DNA from: an uncultured Thiotrichaceae bacterium
GTDB lineage: Bacteria > Pseudomonadota > Gammaproteobacteria > SZUA-229
Length of the DNA stretch: 35,565 nt
NCBI GenBank assembly: GCA_964425515.1
Contig: CAYRNH010000001.1
Location: forward strand, 1-35,565
Direction of reading: 5' to 3'
The position numbers and the translations under genes were made by a program. Shown here piece by piece: positions 29,315 through 35,565 of this stretch. Position 1 is the stretch's first letter, and each line of letters starts with the position of its first letter. A model generated the notes under the pieces. It saw nothing but the letters and a program-made list of their open reading frames with translations, made no database searches and was not told where the DNA came from.

Positions 29315-30187
29315 TTAAGGATGATACGTTTTGAGTTGTTGCCAGATAGCGAGTGTGGCATCAGCCTGATTCAGGGAATAAAAATGTAATCCAGGCGCAC
29401 CCTGTTCGAGCAGTCGACGACAAAGATCGCCCACTACATCACAGCCAAAGCTTTTGAGGCTTTCTGTGTCATCCTGGAAAGCGTCAAGCTGTAACCGGAT
29501 CCAGCGCGGGATCTCGGCACCGCAGGCATCTGAAAATCGAATCAGGCTGGCAAAGTTGGTAATCGGCATGATCCCGGCAGTGATGGGAATATCAAGTTTA
29601 GCCTTGTCGCATTTATCAACAAAACGTAGATATGAATCGATATTATAAAAATATTGGGTGATCGCTGAATTCGCGCCGGCTTTTACTTTTTGCGCGAAAA
29701 ATTCGAAGTCAGTTTGTGGCGAAACCGATTCCGGGTGATATTCGGGGTAGGCGGCAACCTCGATATGAAAGTGGTCACCGCTGTGTTCGCGGATAAAACT
29801 GATCAGTTCGTTGGCATGGGAAAAATCACCCGATATCTTTTTATCAGAATCATTTGTATGGGGTATGTCACCGCGCAGCGTTACCAGTCGGTTGATGCCA
29901 GTTTCAACATAGGTATCAAGCAGGCTTGAAATCTCTGCTTTGCTTGACCCTATACAGGAAATATGCGGAACCACATTGCGAGCTCCATCCGTCATCAGAG
30001 CGTTGACTGTTTCCAGCGTGCGATCACGGGTGCTGCCGCCAGCACCAAAGGTGACAGAAAAAAATGCGGGTTGTATTTTCTCCTCTAGCTGGCGGCGAAC
30101 CGCAAGCAGTTTTTCCATGCCGACATCCGTTTTCGGCGGGAAAAACTCACAGCTAAACACTGGCGTGTTTCTAGTATGCGTGCTCAT
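29315..30187 (-). CDS. metF: 5,10-methylenetetrahydrofolate reductase
   Basis: 290 aa with FSCEFFPPKT and FFSVTFGAGGSTR motifs of MetF. It starts 14 nt after the ahcY stop. Confidence 0.93.
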   Translation of the reverse strand: MSTHTRNTPVFSCEFFPPKTDVGMEKLLAVRRQLEEKIQPAFFSVTFGAGGSTRDRTLETVNALMTDGARNVVPHISCIGSSKAEISSLLDTYVETGINRLVTLRGDIPHTNDSDKKISGDFSHANELISFIREHSGDHFHIEVAAYPEYHPESVSPQTDFEFFAQKVKAGANSAITQYFYNIDSYLRFVDKCDKAKLDIPITAGIMPITNFASLIRFSDACGAEIPRWIRLQLDAFQDDTESLKSFGCDVVGDLCRRLLEQGAPGLHFYSLNQADATLAIWQQLKTYHP

Positions 30188-30201
30188 TGTGCGTTACTTG
30201 C

Positions 30202-31623
30202 TTAGTAACGGTAATGGTCGGGCTTGTACGGGCCTTCGACCGGCACATCGATGTAGTCTGCCTGTTGTTTTGTCAGCGTGCTGAGGTATGCGCCTACTTT
30301 GTCGAGATGCAGGCGTGCTACTTTTTCATCGAGAATCTTGGGCAAAATATAGACCTCGTTTTTATAGTTCTCAGCGTGATTGAAAAACTCGATCTGCGCC
30401 ATCACCTGGTTGGTGAATGAGGCTGACATCACAAAGCTTGGGTGGCCCGTGGCACAACCCAGATTGACCAGACGACCTTTGGCGAGGACGATAATACGCT
30501 TGCCATCAGGGAAGATCACATGATCGACCTGGGGTTTGATTTCTTCCCACTGATATTTTTCCAGTGAAGCGATATCAATTTCAGAATCGAAATGGCCGAT
30601 GTTACAAACGATGGCTTCGTTTTTCATTGCCGCCATGTGATCATGGTTGATCACATTCATATTGCCAGTGGTGGTAACGAAGATGTCGCCCTGCTGACAG
30701 GCGTCATTCATATCGACTACGCGGTAACCTTCCATCGCGGCCTGCAGTGCACAGATCGGATCAATTTCCGTGACCCATACCGTGGCACCCATGCCGCGGA
30801 AAGCCTGCGCGCAGCCTTTACCAACATCGCCATAACCGAGTACTACGCAGATTTTGCCCGCGATCATGACATCGGTAGCGCGTTTGATGCTGTCGATCAG
30901 TGATTCGCGGCATCCGTAAAGGTTGTCGAATTTGGATTTGGTGGCCGAGTCATTGACATTCATTGCCGGGAACAACAGCTGGCCTTTTTTCATCATTTCA
31001 TAAAGACGATGGACACCGGTGGTGGTTTCTTCGGTAACGCCTTTGATGCTGGCTGCAATTTCCTGCCACATACCCGGGCTTGATTTGAAGTTGCGATCTA
31101 ATACGCCGAGTATCGCTTTCCATTCTTCATTATCATCGGCTTTGGCTTTGGGTACCGCACCGGCTTTTTCGTATTCCACGCCCTTGTGCACCAGCAGGGT
31201 AGCGTCACCGCCATCATCCAGAATCATGTTGGGCAATTCGCCGTCGGGCCATTTCAGCGCCTGTTCAGTGCACCACCAGTATTCTTCCAGGGTTTCGCCT
31301 TTCCATGCGTAGACAGGAATGCCCTGTGCCGCGATCGCAGCTGCAGCATGGTCCTGAGTCGAGAAAATATTGCACGATACCCAGCGAACTTTGGCGCCCA
31401 GTGCAACCAGGGTTTCGATCAATACCGCAGTCTGGATGGTCATGTGCAGGCTGCCCATGATACGAGCGCCTTTCAGTGGTTGTGCGTCACCGAATTCTTT
31501 ACGCAACGCCATCAGGCCCGGCATTTCGGTTTCGGCAATGGAAATTTCTTTGTGGCCCCAGCTGGCCAGAGAAATGTCAGCGACCTTGTAATCGCTAAAA
31601 CTGGAATCAACAACAGCATTCAT
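30202..31623 (-). CDS. ahcY: Adenosylhomocysteinase (long form with insertion)
   Basis: 473 aa with NAD-binding motif [24 protein letters not shown] and the C-terminal [15 protein letters not shown] lies upstream of the ATG. Confidence 0.95.
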   Translation of the reverse strand: MNAVVDSSFSDYKVADISLASWGHKEISIAETEMPGLMALRKEFGDAQPLKGARIMGSLHMTIQTAVLIETLVALGAKVRWVSCNIFSTQDHAAAAIAAQGIPVYAWKGETLEEYWWCTEQALKWPDGELPNMILDDGGDATLLVHKGVEYEKAGAVPKAKADDNEEWKAILGVLDRNFKSSPGMWQEIAASIKGVTEETTTGVHRLYEMMKKGQLLFPAMNVNDSATKSKFDNLYGCRESLIDSIKRATDVMIAGKICVVLGYGDVGKGCAQAFRGMGATVWVTEIDPICALQAAMEGYRVVDMNDACQQGDIFVTTTGNMNVINHDHMAAMKNEAIVCNIGHFDSEIDIASLEKYQWEEIKPQVDHVIFPDGKRIIVLAKGRLVNLGCATGHPSFVMSASFTNQVMAQIEFFNHAENYKNEVYILPKILDEKVARLHLDKVGAYLSTLTKQQADYIDVPVEGPYKPDHYRY

Positions 31624-31647
31624 AAGCTCATCTCCTAGTAGTTAAGA

Positions 31648-31753
31648 AATGAGCGCCGTTGATTAAGGACCATGCTCTACCCATGTGGCAGAGTGTCGGT
31701 AATCGTTCTGAGCCTGACCCTTGAAACTTACTGGGCTGCAGCGCTCCTCAGAA
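31648..31753 (-). promoter_or_regulatory. SAH riboswitch in the ahcY 5' leader
   Basis: The minus-strand RNA reads CUGAGGAGCGCUGCAGCCC...GGGUCAGGCUCAGAAC...GCCAC...CAACGGCGCUCAU. This matches the conserved SAH-element core: P1 CUGAG/CUCAG, P2 CCC/GGG, and pseudoknot GAGCGC with GGCGCUC. It lies directly upstream of ahcY-metF, the canonical context. Confidence 0.85.
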
Positions 31754-31762
31754 AGGTGAATT

Positions 31763-31800
31763 ATGCACCAAACCCCGAGCAAAATCGAGGTTTGGTGCAT
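31763..31800 (-). terminator. Perfect 12-bp hairpin just after the metK stop (possible metK terminator or processing hairpin)
   Basis: ATGCACCAAACC (31763-31774) pairs perfectly with GGTTTGGTGCAT (31789-31800) across a 14-nt loop. The downstream tract on the minus strand (AAUUCACCUUU) is only weakly U-rich, so terminator function is uncertain. Confidence 0.4.
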
Positions 31801-31814
31801 CAGCAATCTATAGA

Positions 31815-32972
<1,158 letters not shown>

Positions 32973-33110
32973 AATGGTACCTGCTAAATGTAAGACGCAA
33001 CAAAAAACCCGACTCGCTTGGCGATTCGGGTTTCAGGTAGTGGTACCGTCAACTCGCTTTAGCCAGATTTATATAGCGCCTGCAATCTGAGTCAAATGGG
33101 CGCTGAACAG
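32973..33110 (-). promoter_or_regulatory. metK 5' leader: candidate ligand-responsive attenuator (possible pseudoknot plus intrinsic terminator); class unassigned
   Basis: The leader lies between a near-consensus promoter and the metK ATG. A possible H-type pseudoknot is present: 33099-33104 pairs with 33075-33080, and 33084-33089 pairs with 33064-33069. It is followed by a strong terminator only about 30 nt before the start codon. Confidence 0.5.
33001..33035 (-). terminator. Rho-independent terminator/attenuator hairpin inside the metK leader
   Basis: The minus-strand RNA reads AACCCGAAUCGC-CAA-GCGAGUCGGGUU, followed by UUUUUUG. The stem has 12 positions with one A/G mismatch, a GC-rich base and a U6 tract. 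Confidence 0.7.
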
Positions 33111-33116
33111 GAGGTG

Positions 33117-33145
33117 AGCATAGGACCAGATGACAGCGATGTCAA
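33117..33145 (-). promoter_or_regulatory. Sigma-70-type promoter for metK
   Basis: Minus strand: TTGACA (33145-33140), a 17-nt spacer, then TATGCT (33122-33117). This lies about 20 nt downstream of the dnaG stop and upstream of the leader terminator. Confidence 0.55.
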
Positions 33146-33163
33146 CCGTATGGATTGTGTTGT

Positions 33164-34915
33164 TTAGCGAGCACCGGTGTGACGGCGGTACTCGGCGAGT
33201 TCATCTGTGCTCAGGCTCTCGCCACCGGCCATTTTTTCGTGCAGAAGTTCGAAGCGGTAATCCTGATATTTTTTTATCAGATGCTGGACCACTTCGTGAT
33301 AGACCTCAATGCGTGTTTCGCTGTCATCCGTGCCTTCAACATTGTGTTGTAACAGTTTTTCCAGAATTGAAAACTCATCCTTGCCGCGCCAGCGTTCGAG
33401 TAATGCGGAACTACTCAGACCGGGAGAGTCTTTCAGCATATGGTAAAGCGTGTGTAGTAGATGCAGGCCCTGCAATGGGCTGTTAGCAAAATCATCTGGA
33501 ATCTCGGCATGCTTGGCGAGATCAGGATATTGCAATAACAGGGCAACCGCATCGCGCGTGCCGCTTAAGCTGGTTTTTCGACTGCGGTTGGGCGGCTGTG
33601 GGTTTTGCGCAGGCTGACTGACAGGCTCCGAACTGATAGCACTGAGTTTGCTCGCTGCCACGCCGACCCGGCTTGCCAGTTGTTCGTACAATAAATCACG
33701 AAACACACTGTCAGGCATTTTTGCCAGCAGCGGTTTTGCCAGTTCGGCCAGCCTGGCTTTGCCTTCCTGAGTGCTGGTATCAGCTTCTTCTTCCAGATGC
33801 TGAAACAGAAAATCTGATAAAGGCATTGCGCTGTCGAGACGTTGCTCGAATTTTTCCTTGCCTTCCTTGCGCACCATGGTGTCGGGATCTTCGCCACCAG
33901 GTAAAAACAGAAAGCGTGCGATCATGCCATCGCGCAGAATCGGCAGCGCATTTTCCAGTGCGCGCCAGGCGGCTTTAATGCCAGCATTGTCGCCATCGTA
34001 ACAAAAAATAATTTCGCGCACACTGCGAAAACCGGTCTGGATCTGTTCGCGTGTAGTTGCAGTTCCCAGGGACGCGACTGCATAACCAATACCATGTTGT
34101 GCCAGCGCGACGACGTCCATATAACCTTCAACAATGACAATGCGTTTCAGATCACGTACCGACTTGCGGGCTTCATATAAACCGTAAAGTTCCAGACCTT
34201 TGTGAAACACGATGCTTTCGGGTGAGTTCAGATATTTGGGTTCGCCCTGGTCGAGTATACGACCACCAAAACCAATGACGCGTCCGCGTTTATCCGTGAT
34301 CGGAAACATGATGCGATCACGAAACCGATCATAATAATTGTCAGCCGATTTTTCTATTAACACGCCGCTGTCGAGCAGAGCCTTGCGCGTTGCTGTGTTG
34401 CTGGCGAGTTTGTCACCGATAAAATTCCAGCCTTCGGGTGCGTAACCCAGCTGATAGGTTTTTGCGATATCACCGGTAAGACCGCGTTGTTTTAAATATT
34501 CAACTGCGCGCGGCGTGTTTTTTAATTCCTGCTGGAATAATTTTGCACATTGCCCGAGCGCATCGTAAATCGTTTCACGATCATCGCGCTGTGCCATTGC
34601 CTGAGGTGAAACGTTTTCCCTTGGTACATCAAGATTGTATTCGGCAGCAAGTGCTTCGACCGCATCGACAAAATCAAGGTTTTCGTATTCCATTAAAAAA
34701 CCCAGCGCGGTGCCGTGCGCGCCGCAACCAAAGCAGTGGTAGAACTGTTTGTTCTGACTGACAGTGAAGGAAGGTGTTTTTTCGTTATGAAAAGGACAGC
34801 AGGCAGAATACTCGCGACCTTTCTTTTTTAATGGTACACGAGCATTAATCACGTCGACAATGTCGGCGCGCGCGATCAGGTCATCGATAAAATTCTGCGG
34901 AATGCGGCCTTTCAC
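33164..34915 (-). CDS. dnaG: DNA primase
   Basis: 583 aa with an N-terminal GRIPQNFIDDLIAR, zinc finger CCPFHNEKTPSFTV...YHCFGCGAHG and TOPRIM motif VIVEGYMDVV. GTG start at 34915. Confidence 0.93.
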   Translation of the reverse strand: MKGRIPQNFIDDLIARADIVDVINARVPLKKKGREYSACCPFHNEKTPSFTVSQNKQFYHCFGCGAHGTALGFLMEYENLDFVDAVEALAAEYNLDVPRENVSPQAMAQRDDRETIYDALGQCAKLFQQELKNTPRAVEYLKQRGLTGDIAKTYQLGYAPEGWNFIGDKLASNTATRKALLDSGVLIEKSADNYYDRFRDRIMFPITDKRGRVIGFGGRILDQGEPKYLNSPESIVFHKGLELYGLYEARKSVRDLKRIVIVEGYMDVVALAQHGIGYAVASLGTATTREQIQTGFRSVREIIFCYDGDNAGIKAAWRALENALPILRDGMIARFLFLPGGEDPDTMVRKEGKEKFEQRLDSAMPLSDFLFQHLEEEADTSTQEGKARLAELAKPLLAKMPDSVFRDLLYEQLASRVGVAASKLSAISSEPVSQPAQNPQPPNRSRKTSLSGTRDAVALLLQYPDLAKHAEIPDDFANSPLQGLHLLHTLYHMLKDSPGLSSSALLERWRGKDEFSILEKLLQHNVEGTDDSETRIEVYHEVVQHLIKKYQDYRFELLHEKMAGGESLSTDELAEYRRHTGAR

Positions 34916-34921
34916 GGTGCA

Positions 34922-35565
34922 TTAAGGGATCAGGTTGACGAAAGACAGCTGGCGCGGATTAAAGATGCGCTCGTATTCGACAATGGCGTAACGGTCGGTC
35001 ATACCAGCGATATAATCGGCAACGCCACGCGCGTGCCCGTCATCCCCTGCTTTCTGACGTAGTAGCTCACAGTGTTCTAGCGCTTCTGGCGGTAACACGC
35101 GCGCATCGTTCATAAAAGCGTCAAACAGAGCATCGATGATTGCGCCCGCCTTGGTGGTCATGCGGTGCACACGATAATGCTGGTACAGGTTTTTGCGCAA
35201 AAACTGTTTCAGTTCAAGCTTGATTTCATCCATGTCTGCACTGAAACTGATCAGGGGTTCTGGTTGTTTGTAAACATCAGCCAGTGATTGAAGGTTTGCC
35301 GCTTCGATATTGGCACGCGAGGTATCGATAACGTCAACTACCATCGCGCTGATCATACGACGGATGACTTCGTGAATCATGCGGCGGTCACTTAAACCGG
35401 GATAACGCTTCATTACTATGTCGTACTGGCTACGAAACAGTTCAAGCTTGAGCAAATCTTCGATTTTAATCAGACCATAACGCAGGCCGTCATCGACGTC
35501 GTGATTCGTATACGCGGTTTCATCAGAAAGATCGGTGAGCTGTGCTTCGAGGCTGGTTTGGGTTT
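34922..35565 (-). CDS. dGTP triphosphohydrolase-like (Dgt/HD-domain family) protein, C-terminal part (5' end lies beyond the window)
   Basis: The reading frame stays open upstream of the track start (TTG 35455) to the window edge. The translation reads ...LEAQLTDLSDETAYTNHDVDDGLRYGLIKIEDLLKLELF...DYIAGMTDRYAIVEYERIF, typical of the dGTPase-like family. Confidence 0.85.
   Translation of the reverse strand, partial: TQTSLEAQLTDLSDETAYTNHDVDDGLRYGLIKIEDLLKLELFRSQYDIVMKRYPGLSDRRMIHEVIRRMISAMVVDVIDTSRANIEAANLQSLADVYKQPEPLISFSADMDEIKLELKQFLRKNLYQHYRVHRMTTKAGAIIDALFDAFMNDARVLPPEALEHCELLRQKAGDDGHARGVADYIAGMTDRYAIVEYERIFNPRQLSFVNLIP

Noticed and set aside
33001-33035. Reading the strong hairpin plus U-tract as just the dnaG terminator.
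   Set aside because: This is not fully excluded. However, it sits about 130 nt past the dnaG stop and downstream of a near-consensus promoter facing metK. It is only about 30 nt from the metK ATG, leaving no space for another promoter. An attenuator role within the metK leader fits better.
34922-35565. The dGTPase-like gene as a possible anti-phage dNTP-depletion defence gene.
   Set aside because: It is embedded in core replication and metabolism genes and tightly coupled to dnaG. There are no neighbouring mobile, integrase or defence genes. It is most likely the housekeeping Dgt-like paralog.

Overview
This is a densely packed, almost entirely housekeeping chromosomal segment of a gammaproteobacterium. 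Its gene order closely follows the Pseudomonas pilT/pilG neighbourhood. Left to right: type II secretion gspC-gspD and the 5' part of gspE (minus strand); a 264-bp nested-palindrome element; metX-metW; a secreted hypothetical protein; yggU-yggT-proC (all minus). Then pilT-pilU plus a second PilU-like ATPase (plus strand). Then an eight-gene minus-strand array, gshB-apbE-tonB-yqgE-ruvX-pyrR-pyrB-pyrC'. Then the Pil-Chp chemosensory cluster pilG-pilH-pilI-pilJ-chpA-chpC (plus strand, with no pilK or chpB). Then the activated-methyl-cycle cluster: metK, an SAH riboswitch, ahcY-metF-rsmE (minus). Finally dnaG and the 3' part of a dGTPase-like gene (minus). I saw no rRNA, tRNA, CRISPR array, transposase, integrase or recognisable defence gene. 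I do not find a convincing novel protein-coding system here. The unexplained signal is structural, at the RNA or DNA level: (i) the 3713-3976 nested inverted-repeat element; (ii) a metK leader with a near-consensus promoter, a possible H-type pseudoknot and a strong intrinsic terminator, which looks like an unassigned riboswitch or attenuator; (iii) a long imperfect palindrome at 11795-11907 between convergent genes. All calls come from reading the translations and sequence by eye; no database search was run.
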